Positions 29,958-39,231 of a DNA stretch of 64,000 bases are shown here, one piece after another. The stretch is from contig CAZALK010000006.1 in NCBI GenBank assembly GCA_964486045.1, positions 171,385 to 235,384 on the forward strand, written 5' to 3'. The DNA comes from an uncultured archaeon. GTDB lineage: Archaea; Asgardarchaeota; Lokiarchaeia; Sigyniarchaeales; SOKP01. The translations under genes were made by a program, and so were the position numbers. The notes beneath the pieces are model-generated. The model made no database searches, was not told the DNA's origin, and worked only from the letters and a program-made list of their open reading frames with translations. The stretch's first letter is position 1. The number at the start of each line of letters is the position of its first letter.

Positions 29958-31457
29958 TTACATTTTAGGATATTTTCCATGTTTTTGTAAAAATTCTCTA
30001 TAACTATTCACTTTATCCAAAACAGTTCCAGCTAAGTCTAAGCTTTCAAAAACAGGTACATTACGATTTAAAAGTTTTAATTTAAATTTATATCTACTTT
30101 TATATTCCTCGAATCCTTCACTTATTTTGAGCATGACACAATACATTGGTTTTGTAATGGTGCTTTTTGCTTTAGCTATATATCTTATAAATTCTCGGTT
30201 TAAATCTATACCATTAAAATTTACAACTCCCTTGTTATAACGAAAAATTTCTTTCATTAACTTCTGAAAATTTCCAAATCTTTCAGGATCCTTAATGAAT
30301 ACAATCGAGGAGATATTTGAGTCTTTATCTAAAGCCATTATTGTACGATAATAAGTATTTGGTTGTATTCCTGAACCACCTAAGTCAAGTGGATTTGTTA
30401 CATTAGTATTTACGTCTGGTACAAACCTCTTCAACTTATTGATAGTTTTTTCGGTTAAACTAGGGATAATTAAATTATGTTTTTCAAAAATATCGATTGC
30501 TTCGATAGTAGAACCTCCTCCTATACCTATTACACCAACATTTCGAGTGTTTGGTAGACGAGTTAAATTAAATGTTGAAGCCAAAGCAGCTAATTCATTA
30601 GAATTTCCAACCATACAACAACCAGTTTGCTTGCCCACAGCCTTCCACATCTCGTTATTTCCAGCAAGACCACCTGTATGTGATAAAATTGCCTTTTTTG
30701 TGGCTTCACCATATCCAGCCCTCCAAAGTAAAACTGGTTTTCTATTTAAATTACAATTCTTTACCATCTTCATTAATTGTCTCCCTTGTATTGCATCTCT
30801 TAAATTCTCAATATATAAACCTATGATTTTTGTAGATTCATCGCTGTTAAAGTACTCTAAAAATTCTACTGGTGATAAATCTAAGGCATTTCCAATTGAT
30901 ATAAATTTAGAAACATATAACCCATTTGAAACCGCTAATTGTGACATATTTTGGGCAATACCACCGGATTGAAAGACTCCCGAAAAATTACCCGATGTTC
31001 TGGATTGTGCAAATGCAAAATGAAGCCCTGCTTTTGGATTATAAACTCCTAAGCAATTAGGACCAATAATTCTGATATTATATTGTTTAGCAACATTTAA
31101 AAGTTCTTGTTCAAGTGTATCATTGCCTACTTCTCGAAATCCTGATGCAAAAACAGTTACAAAGGGAACACTCTTTTTACCAATCTCCTCCATTACCCTT
31201 GGACATAATCGAGCAGGAATAGCTAAAATCACATAATCTATTGGATCATTAATTTCGAGAATTGAACTATAAATTTTATAGCCGTACAATTCTTTCCCTG
31301 GAAACTTAGGATTAAATAGATATATTGGTCCCTTAAACCTGTCTTTCATATATCTAATAAAAAAACTCCCTCCCCTCATATCTGGAGATACTCCAATTAT
31401 TCCAATGGCTTTAGGGAAAAATAACCTTTCAAAATCAATTTTTTGAGATCTTTTCAT
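29958..31457 (-). CDS. NDP-forming acyl-CoA synthetase alpha-subunit (CoA-binding) family protein
   Basis: P..I.IIG.S, GF.E, IIGPNCLG, QSGG, S.GN..D, phospho-His SHTG.LAG and NPLDL motifs. Confidence 0.88.
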   Translation of the reverse strand: MKRSQKIDFERLFFPKAIGIIGVSPDMRGGSFFIRYMKDRFKGPIYLFNPKFPGKELYGYKIYSSILEINDPIDYVILAIPARLCPRVMEEIGKKSVPFVTVFASGFREVGNDTLEQELLNVAKQYNIRIIGPNCLGVYNPKAGLHFAFAQSRTSGNFSGVFQSGGIAQNMSQLAVSNGLYVSKFISIGNALDLSPVEFLEYFNSDESTKIIGLYIENLRDAIQGRQLMKMVKNCNLNRKPVLLWRAGYGEATKKAILSHTGGLAGNNEMWKAVGKQTGCCMVGNSNELAALASTFNLTRLPNTRNVGVIGIGGGSTIEAIDIFEKHNLIIPSLTEKTINKLKRFVPDVNTNVTNPLDLGGSGIQPNTYYRTIMALDKDSNISSIVFIKDPERFGNFQKLMKEIFRYNKGVVNFNGIDLNREFIRYIAKAKSTITKPMYCVMLKISEGFEEYKSRYKFKLKLLNRNVPVFESLDLAGTVLDKVNSYREFLQKHGKYPKM

Positions 31458-31549
31458 TGCTGAAATAAAAAAATACTATAAGATTTGATAGATAAATCAA
31501 ATAGAAGAATAAAACTCGATTAAAATATTTTATTAGAAGGCATTATTAC

Positions 31550-32320
31550 TCAAGTGAATTGCATTGAAGTAAAAGGTATACTTAAATCTCCTGATTTTAA
31601 AATTGATTGAACTTTATCAATATCATTTGTAATAATTCCATCTACTCCAAATCTTATTAATCTTTTTATAGAATGCTTAAAATCAACTGTCCATGGGAAA
31701 ACCTTAATATCGTGATTGTGAGCATAGTCTACAAACTGTTGATCAACTATATGATAATATGGATTTATTGCATAGAAGTTATTATCAATACAAATTTTTA
31801 TCATCTTCTTTTTGATGGGCCAGCTATAATTCTTTCTATATTGAGAAGGCTCTAAGGAACATAATCTCAACTCGGGTTCATTTTTCTGAAATTTTAAAAG
31901 TTCTTCATGTAAAAAAGAACTTACTATTACTGAATCTATAACATTGTATTCTTTAAATAAATCAACCACTTTTTTTGAGACAGAATCTACCTTAATTTCA
32001 CAATTGAGGCTAATTTTCCCTTCTATTAACTCAATGGTCTCTTGAAGTGTTGGAATCCTTTCACCTTCACCAAAATTAAGAGTTTTTAGTTCTTCAAGAG
32101 TGAAGTCTTTAATAAGACCATTTTTTCCAGTTATTCGAAAGAGATTTTCATCATGAGCGATTACAAGTACTCCATCTTTAGTTTCGTGCACGTCTAATTC
32201 AATAAAGTCAGCATTTAGCTCTATTGCTTTTTGAAAAGCCTTCATTGAATTTTCTGGAGCTACTTTACTTGCACCTCTGTGAGCAAATACTATTATTTTT
32301 TCTCCTTCATAATAGCCCAT
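31550..32320 (-). CDS. glycerophosphodiester phosphodiesterase
   Basis: AHRGAS..APENS..AF, IELDV..TKDG.LVI.HD, IPTL.E, WTV and GVDGIITN. The likely start is ATG 32320 rather than TTG 32407. Confidence 0.92.
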   Translation of the reverse strand: MGYYEGEKIIVFAHRGASKVAPENSMKAFQKAIELNADFIELDVHETKDGVLVIAHDENLFRITGKNGLIKDFTLEELKTLNFGEGERIPTLQETIELIEGKISLNCEIKVDSVSKKVVDLFKEYNVIDSVIVSSFLHEELLKFQKNEPELRLCSLEPSQYRKNYSWPIKKKMIKICIDNNFYAINPYYHIVDQQFVDYAHNHDIKVFPWTVDFKHSIKRLIRFGVDGIITNDIDKVQSILKSGDLSIPFTSMQFT

Positions 32321-32712
32321 TTTAAAATCTCTTTGTTCTTTTTTTTTGTTAAGATGACAAATATTCAATCGTTTTATTGATTTTCTTTTACAAAACTGTT
32401 TTATCAATTTTTTATCTATTTAACTAGGTATAAATTTGAGCATTTTGTAGTAAATTCAAAATAAATTTACTTTCAAAATGTAAGACACAACCTTAATATC
32501 TGATTATCAACTTAAACAAAAGTTTTATTAATATGAATTGTGTAAAGTTATATAAAATTAGTTTGAAACGTCAACACATAAGTTTATAGAAAGAATAAAT
32601 TTATAAAGCTATAATATTTTTAATATTTCTGTAAATGGTTAAAATAGATTAGAAATAGCGTAGTGAAACGAAAAGTTTAAAAGCATAAAAAAAGATTTAG
32701 GTGGTGTAAACC

Positions 32713-32964
32713 GTGAGATTCTGTAATAACTGTGGAAATATGCTTATCCCAAAAAACGGAAAACTATACTGTAAAGCCTGTGAAGAGGAATTTGACCTAG
32801 GAACAAAGAACGCAGAGTATAAAATACAAAAGAAATTTCATCATGATGAAAAAGAATCAGCCCCAATCGTTATGAAAGAAGGATTGAGAAGGGAACGAAT
32901 ATCTAGCGAAGATCGAAAAGCTTATGAAGACCTATTCTCGGGTTCGGATGGGGATGCTTATTAA
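32713..32964 (+). CDS. TFS/RpoM-like N-terminal Zn ribbon protein lacking the C-terminal ribbon
   Basis: MRFC..CGNML.P....L.C..C N-ribbon only. GTG start after a GGTGGTG RBS. Confidence 0.72.
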   Translation: MRFCNNCGNMLIPKNGKLYCKACEEEFDLGTKNAEYKIQKKFHHDEKESAPIVMKEGLRRERISSEDRKAYEDLFSGSDGDAY

Positions 32965-33147
32965 AAATAAGTTTCCCTAATTTTTGGGTTAGGTCACTTA
33001 TTCTTCATTAAAATTGCAAATTTTTCGTATTCTTTTTAGCTGTTTCAATATTTCATAAATTTAAGTTCTTAAATCATTTCAGAACAGATTGAGAATGTGT
33101 TTTTTTCGATAATGTAAAAAATTATTGAGAAAAAGTTTATTAATAGA

Positions 33148-33555
33148 ATGATGCATATGATCGACGATAAAAAAAAGAGACTACACGGTTTCGCAAGTAT
33201 TTTATCCAAATTAGTTGAACCTTTAAATGAGAGTAGAAAGTTTAAAGAGAAATTCAAAAACATTGAAAAAAAAATTCTCTTAAATGCTAAAGATGGAAAA
33301 TTCGCAGCGCTAATAGTTATTGACAACGGTAGAATTTATATAGAGGGTATAAAAAACAACCCTAAAATGAACCTGAAAAAAAAGATAGTTGGTTGGGATG
33401 GGATGCTTCAAACTAAAACTTCGATATTTTTAGAGCTTCTAAATAGCAAAAATATTTCACGTGGAAAATTTATTCGAAAGATCCTAACAGGAAGAATCAA
33501 AATAAGAGGAATAAAGCATGTTGTTGTTTTGCAAGAATTATTTAGATTCAGATAA
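33148..33555 (+). CDS. SCP2 (sterol/lipid-carrier)-like protein
   Basis: I.IDNG.I.I, D..L......F..LL and TGRIKIRG pattern of SCP2 domains. Confidence 0.6.
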   Translation: MMHMIDDKKKRLHGFASILSKLVEPLNESRKFKEKFKNIEKKILLNAKDGKFAALIVIDNGRIYIEGIKNNPKMNLKKKIVGWDGMLQTKTSIFLELLNSKNISRGKFIRKILTGRIKIRGIKHVVVLQELFRFR

Positions 33556-33575
33556 AAGTCTGCAAAATACTAAAA

Positions 33576-33998
33576 TCATAAAAAAATCTTGACGAGAGAA
33601 GTCATTTTTTCTTTTAGTTTATCTACATTTTTCTCATCTTGTAAGGAGTTTAAGATTACTTCTTTATCTTTATTAGATATTGATTTGAATTTGTCAAGAA
33701 ACTCTCTTAGATATATTATTTTTTTAGCTGGGTTCTCTTGAATCTTAAACACGCAACTATCTATCATTTCTTGAGATAAATTAGTGGCTTCTTTTGTTCC
33801 AGAGTGTAAGAAAGGTCCTTTAGAACCGTCCATTTTCATTAAAACATTGTTTTTTTCGATGATACTATTCATAATTTCTTTTAGTGACTCATTTCTAGTT
33901 AAAACTGATAAACCAGAGATATAATTCTCAATCTCTGAATTTTTATCTTCAATCTCTCTTATTAACTCCAAAATTTTGTCCTTTTTTTCTCTTTCCAT
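33576..33998 (-). CDS. hypothetical helical protein
   Basis: 140 aa ORF filling the gap between neighbours. No motif recognised. Confidence 0.55.
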   Translation of the reverse strand: MEREKKDKILELIREIEDKNSEIENYISGLSVLTRNESLKEIMNSIIEKNNVLMKMDGSKGPFLHSGTKEATNLSQEMIDSCVFKIQENPAKKIIYLREFLDKFKSISNKDKEVILNSLQDEKNVDKLKEKMTSLVKIFL

Positions 33999-34061
33999 AA
34001 TTAATTAAGTTTCCTCTAAATTTTTAAATTTAACTGAAAATATTTGTATAATAAAGTTCTC

Positions 34062-34787
34062 ATGACAAAGGAAGAAAAGATAAGAAAATTCCAAGAATTT
34101 ATCGATTATGTGTTTAAAAATGAAGACTATTTAGTCCAATCCTTAACTACACCAAGACTTGCTAATGAAACTGGTGAGCAAAGCTATGAGTTCTTGGAAA
34201 CCTTGGGGGATGCTGTAATAAAGGTAATATTGATTTTAAAAATATACCAAAAAGGAATACTAGATCCAGGTAAAATCACAAAATTAAAAGCTTCTTTAGA
34301 GAGCGATATTGCTTTAAAAAAGGTTGCAAATAAAATTAATTTGCAAAGATTTATTTTCAAGAGTGGAAAACAGCACATTAAAGGAACAAGGATATTAGCA
34401 GATGTTTTTGAGGCAATTTGCGGGGCAATATTTCTGGATTCAAATCAGAATTTTAATTTGGTGGAAGAGAAGATGATTACTCCATTTTTTGAGGATATTG
34501 ATGAAATAATAAAAAAATCAACAATGAATTCTAAGAGCGAATTATTAGAATTTTTGCAGAATAAATTTAAAACTAGTATCAAGATAAATCTTGAATATGA
34601 TAAGAGGGGCTTAGCACATAGCCCAACCTGGATCGCGAGGAATCCTAAAATTTATAACTCAAGTACTCAAAAAAAGTTGACAAGTTTGCCAAAAAATATG
34701 ATATCAAGTAAATTTGGAAATAAACCCGATGCTGAGAAAGACATTTATTTTAAAATTTTGGTTTATTTAAAAAGCAAAGAGAAATGA
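34062..34787 (+). CDS. rnc: ribonuclease III with C-terminal dsRBD-like domain
   Basis: Y.FKN...L.Q.LT, signature EFLETLGDAVI, LADVFEAI.GAIFLDS, K..L.E.LQ and G..H.P. ATG at 34062 preferred over TTG at 34044. Confidence 0.85.
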   Translation: MTKEEKIRKFQEFIDYVFKNEDYLVQSLTTPRLANETGEQSYEFLETLGDAVIKVILILKIYQKGILDPGKITKLKASLESDIALKKVANKINLQRFIFKSGKQHIKGTRILADVFEAICGAIFLDSNQNFNLVEEKMITPFFEDIDEIIKKSTMNSKSELLEFLQNKFKTSIKINLEYDKRGLAHSPTWIARNPKIYNSSTQKKLTSLPKNMISSKFGNKPDAEKDIYFKILVYLKSKEK

Positions 34788-34999
34788 TATATTTGTTTTA
34801 TTTATACTCAAATAGGTGAATGTTCTAACAAAAAGAACGTCAATTTTTAAAATAATTCTCGTATTTACTTATCAGTAGTAGGTTAAATGTCTGAAAAAGT
34901 TTATTTTCACAATAAGATATTATAATCTTAAAAAATCATAGAAAATTATAGAATCTATTAATTACCAATAAAGAACTTTTAAAAAAGAGCAGATATCAT

Positions 35000-36178
35000 A
35001 TGGTCAATACTCGATATATAAAGAAAACTCCATTGATGGAACAGTATGAAGAAGAAACTGGAAAGTTGGCGATTTGGAAAGGAGAAGTTTCTCAACAATT
35101 CGAAAAATGGAAAAAAAAGAGAGGAAAAGAATCTATTAGGAAGCAAAAGTTAGAGATTGTTTCCCAATCTCGTGAAGAAAAGAAAAAGATGAAAAAAGAG
35201 GCCAAAGAAGATAAGATACCTGGTAAGGATTATGATCATTTGATTGTGGTGGACCAGATTCATAAGACTTATTTATTAGGTACTACAGCTGTAGCAGCAC
35301 TTCGCGGTATAAACCTAACAATAGACAATGGGGAATTTATTGACATAATGGGCCCTTCTGGTTCAGGAAAAACTACTCTATTGAATTTAATTGGAGGTCT
35401 TGACACTCCGACAAGGGGAAAAATCTTCCTTGAAGGAGCCAATATTTCTATGCTAAATGATAACTCTTTAAGTGTTATAAGACGGGAAAGAATTGGTTTT
35501 GTCTTCCAATTTTATAATTTACTACCCCAAATGACCGCAATGGAAAATATTATGGTTCCGTTACATTTTTCAGGAAAGCTAAGTCGTCGAGGAAAAAGAA
35601 AAAGAGCAATGGATCTCTTGAGATTAGTAGAATTAGAAGAACGAGCTCATCACACACCTTCAGAATTAAGTGGTGGAGAACAGCAGAGAGTTGCGATTGC
35701 TAGAGCTTTTGCTAATGATCCTGCGATTTGTGTTCTTGACGAACCTACTGGAGATCTTGATAGTAAAACAGGCGTAATGATTTTAAATCTGCTCAGAGAC
35801 TTAAATCGAAGAGGTGCAACTTTTATTGCAGTTAGTCATGATGCTGCTGTTTCAGAATTCGCAACAAAAGTTTTTCATATGAAAGATGGAAAGTTAACTC
35901 ACGAAGGGAAAATAGATGGATTGAAAGAGACTGAAATCATGCAACTAAAAAGAAGACAAGAAACAGAAATTAATAAGGAGAAATGTAAGAGCAAAATATT
36001 CCAGTATCTCTTCGCAAATCAAGGCAAGATTGAGATAAATATAAGTGAAATTAAGGAAAGTATCCCAAATCTTATTGTAGCTAATTTACCAGCCCATTTC
36101 AATGACCTTTTGCAGGAATTAATAGAAGAAAATAATCGATTTGCAAGAATTAAGGGAGATCTTTTAATTTTACGATAA
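35000..36178 (+). CDS. LolD/MacB-type ABC transporter ATPase with N- and C-terminal extensions
   Basis: GPSGSGKTT, IGFVFQFYNL, LSGGEQQRVAIARA, DEPTGDLD and SHD motifs. Confidence 0.95.
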   Translation: MVNTRYIKKTPLMEQYEEETGKLAIWKGEVSQQFEKWKKKRGKESIRKQKLEIVSQSREEKKKMKKEAKEDKIPGKDYDHLIVVDQIHKTYLLGTTAVAALRGINLTIDNGEFIDIMGPSGSGKTTLLNLIGGLDTPTRGKIFLEGANISMLNDNSLSVIRRERIGFVFQFYNLLPQMTAMENIMVPLHFSGKLSRRGKRKRAMDLLRLVELEERAHHTPSELSGGEQQRVAIARAFANDPAICVLDEPTGDLDSKTGVMILNLLRDLNRRGATFIAVSHDAAVSEFATKVFHMKDGKLTHEGKIDGLKETEIMQLKRRQETEINKEKCKSKIFQYLFANQGKIEINISEIKESIPNLIVANLPAHFNDLLQELIEENNRFARIKGDLLILR

Positions 36179-36216
36179 AGAAATCAAAATTATCTTTATA
36201 TTCAATATTTAGAAAT

Positions 36217-39200
36217 ATGACACATTTTAAATTAATTTTAAAATATGCGTTTTCGGATTTAAAAAAGCAAAAAATTCGCACGATATTTGCTATAACAGGA
36301 GTTTTAATTTCAATTGGTTTATTGACAATTATTTTATTCTTATCTGATTCTATTTCTGCTAGTTATGTGGACTTTCTTACAGTTGAAGCGGGTAATCAAG
36401 ATGCTTCTATTTCTGTGAGACATTATACAGGAGAACCAGAAGATAGATCGTCGTATTTTCAATTCAACCCCATCATAGATACTATCAAAAATACAACAAA
36501 TGCGATAGAAAGTTATATTCCAAGAATGGATGTTTCAGGAAGTGTAAAAAATAAATTAACAGGTGAAGTTGAATGGAGTGTGATCTCTGCAATTAACTTT
36601 TCTTTAGAAACTGAGATTAATTTTGGAGCTTTCATTGACCCAGACTCAGGTAATGAGCTTAACCTGAGCGAATTACCCTTAGATCGCTGTGCGATCTATT
36701 ATGGGTTTAATGACGTGATTGGATATTCACAAAACGATGTTATTGAAATAGATTTTCGATTAACAGATGGAAATCAAACATTATCCGTTATAAAAAACTT
36801 AACGATTAATGCAATCTTTGATTTCAGTCTAAAATGGCCAGATGATTATCGAAGTGACCATCTAATAGTAGTTGACATGAGTACTCTATATGAATATTTT
36901 GGTTTTGCTGAATTTAATGGGCGCAGTAATGAACTTATTTTGACCTTTCAACAGAGTAGTGGGCTCTATGATATAAGGAACATTGAGGGAACAAAAACAA
37001 TTGTTAAAGATATAATGGGTAACATTCAAATGGCAATTGGAATTAAAGAATATAACATTGATATGCCAAAATTACGAATATTGGGATATTCCGAGTTTGT
37101 AAGCGTATTAATTGTTATTGTTTTTATTTTTGTTTCGGTCGTGGCTATGCTCATTTCTGGTGTGTTGATTAGTGGAATATTAAAAACTTCAGTAGAAGAA
37201 AGAATTAGAGAATTTGGCGTGTTTAGAACCTTAGGAGCTAGTAAGAAGTATAATCTTGCAATAGTTTTAATGCAAGGTTTCTTATTATGCAATTTTGGGA
37301 CAATTCTAGGTATCTTTACTGCAAATTTACTGACTAGATTTCTTATAATACCCTTTGCAAATAGATTAATCACCGCGAGCACTCTTGGTTTCACTCAATT
37401 AAACTTTTCTTTTACGTGGTGGTCACTACTAATATCTTACTCTATGGGAATTGGTGTTGGAATGGTAGTTAGTATATTTCCTGCTCTAAAAGTAATGCAT
37501 CTTCAACTTATTGAATCTATCCATCCATATCGCCATGAGGATACATTATTTCATTTGCGGAAAAAACCCACGATCAATTACAAAATATTGCTCATGGGAA
37601 TAATTTTGGCATTGAATGGGGGGTTTGTCTTTTTCATCATCCCAAGACTCCTAATTTCAACAGATTCTACTATTTTTTCGGGAACTTTCGTGTCTATCTT
37701 ACTTCTTTTTAATATTGGGTTAACTTTAGCTGGTTTAGGAATAATGCCAGTAATGTTAAGACTCGTAATTCAATTATTTAGACCTATTGCTAAACATTTA
37801 CATGATGTAATCAAAATTTTTGTCTTTCGATACCAACGAAGAAATTCAAGCACTGTTATAATTTTTGCATTATCGTTTTCGTTTGTAATTTTTACTTCAA
37901 CGGTAATTAACACCCTTTCAGCACAAAATTCAGCAATGACGCAACTAACGTATGGATCAGATTTAGTGATTGAAACTTCTGGCTGGAAGGAGCCAGAAGA
38001 GATTTTTGAAGGAGGATTTGGTGGCGGAGATTCCTTTTTATTATCATCTATAAGTAATAATTATGATAATCGACTGCAGGGAAATCTTGAGACTCTCGAT
38101 AGAGGTAACTATGAATCTGAAATTAATCCAAATAAAATAATGACCACAGAGTTTGAAGAAATTTTGTTAGGAATTAATGGAGTAGAGAAAACGTCTTCTG
38201 TTTTAGCAAGACCTTATCAATTAACTCAGATTTATTCTGATGCAGAGAAGGAATTTAAAGCGGAGCTGGGGGATTATGCCGGATTAAATACTCAAGATAT
38301 AACGTTATTAGGCATAGATGAACAGTATTTGTTTACAATTAAGAGGGAATACGTAGAAATGACTTCTAGTAATGCAGAAATAGCATTTACGGATATATTT
38401 ACTAAATTTGAACAATTTTTCAGTTGTATAATATCAGAAGCCATTGCTATTGGCTTAAATTTATTAATTGGTGATTATATAAGGATTGTCATTCATCGAG
38501 GAGATGAAATGGAAGTTTATCCTTTCAAGATAGTGGGAACAGCAAGGAGTATGCCGGGTTTTTCTCAGGAGTTTGGCGGATCTACGATACAGGCACCAAG
38601 AGGAGGAGTATTGGTTTCTCAACAGACTTATATTGAGATAATGAATATTCCGTCTGTTCCTTATGTAGACAGAATTTTTATTAAACTTAGAGAGGATCAA
38701 TCAACTTCTGCTTATTATATTGAAGATTTAATTAATGAAGAGTTTAGGTCAGATTATAATTATAACATCTATAATCTCAATAGATTAGTAATTGCTCAAG
38801 AATCTTCTTTTTTCGTGTTAGATATATTATTTACACTAATCGCTATGACAACAGTTTTGATTTGTATTTTTGGATTACTTTCTTCATCTTATTCTACGAT
38901 TCTTGAAAGAAAGAAAGAGATAGGAATAGTTAGAACTTTAGGGTTAAAAGCAAAAGAAATTAATCGCCTATTTATAATCGAATCACTCATAATACTAATT
39001 AGTAGTGGAACTATTGGAATAGTAGTTGGTTGGCTCTCAGCTTGGATTGTCACATCAAATTTAAGCATACTATCAGGGGAACCAGACATATTATATATAC
39101 CCTTATTTAATATAATCCTCATTTTTTCTGTTTCATTGGTACTGGTTCTAATTGGAATGAAACTTCTTTTAAGGAAAGTTCGGAAGAAAAAAATTGTTGA

Positions 39201-39222
39201 AATATATAGAGAGACTATGTAG
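36217..39222 (+). CDS. FtsX/MacB-type ABC permease (duplicated architecture) 1
   Basis: R...AI.GV.I..., SVEERIREFGVFRTLGA and ERKKEIGIVRTLG motifs, with two large extracellular domains. Confidence 0.9.
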   Translation: MTHFKLILKYAFSDLKKQKIRTIFAITGVLISIGLLTIILFLSDSISASYVDFLTVEAGNQDASISVRHYTGEPEDRSSYFQFNPIIDTIKNTTNAIESYIPRMDVSGSVKNKLTGEVEWSVISAINFSLETEINFGAFIDPDSGNELNLSELPLDRCAIYYGFNDVIGYSQNDVIEIDFRLTDGNQTLSVIKNLTINAIFDFSLKWPDDYRSDHLIVVDMSTLYEYFGFAEFNGRSNELILTFQQSSGLYDIRNIEGTKTIVKDIMGNIQMAIGIKEYNIDMPKLRILGYSEFVSVLIVIVFIFVSVVAMLISGVLISGILKTSVEERIREFGVFRTLGASKKYNLAIVLMQGFLLCNFGTILGIFTANLLTRFLIIPFANRLITASTLGFTQLNFSFTWWSLLISYSMGIGVGMVVSIFPALKVMHLQLIESIHPYRHEDTLFHLRKKPTINYKILLMGIILALNGGFVFFIIPRLLISTDSTIFSGTFVSILLLFNIGLTLAGLGIMPVMLRLVIQLFRPIAKHLHDVIKIFVFRYQRRNSSTVIIFALSFSFVIFTSTVINTLSAQNSAMTQLTYGSDLVIETSGWKEPEEIFEGGFGGGDSFLLSSISNNYDNRLQGNLETLDRGNYESEINPNKIMTTEFEEILLGINGVEKTSSVLARPYQLTQIYSDAEKEFKAELGDYAGLNTQDITLLGIDEQYLFTIKREYVEMTSSNAEIAFTDIFTKFEQFFSCIISEAIAIGLNLLIGDYIRIVIHRGDEMEVYPFKIVGTARSMPGFSQEFGGSTIQAPRGGVLVSQQTYIEIMNIPSVPYVDRIFIKLREDQSTSAYYIEDLINEEFRSDYNYNIYNLNRLVIAQESSFFVLDILFTLIAMTTVLICIFGLLSSSYSTILERKKEIGIVRTLGLKAKEINRLFIIESLIILISSGTIGIVVGWLSAWIVTSNLSILSGEPDILYIPLFNIILIFSVSLVLVLIGMKLLLRKVRKKKIVEIYRETM

Positions 39223-39231
39223 GAGGAGATT

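Noticed and set aside
32321-32407. N-terminal extension of the GDPD ORF
   Set aside because: It is a low-complexity translation of an A/T-rich upstream region. The domain starts at ATG 32320.
33069-33326. 85 aa minus-strand ORF
   Set aside because: It is antisense to the SCP2-like gene, and its hydrophobicity only reflects the A-rich sense strand.
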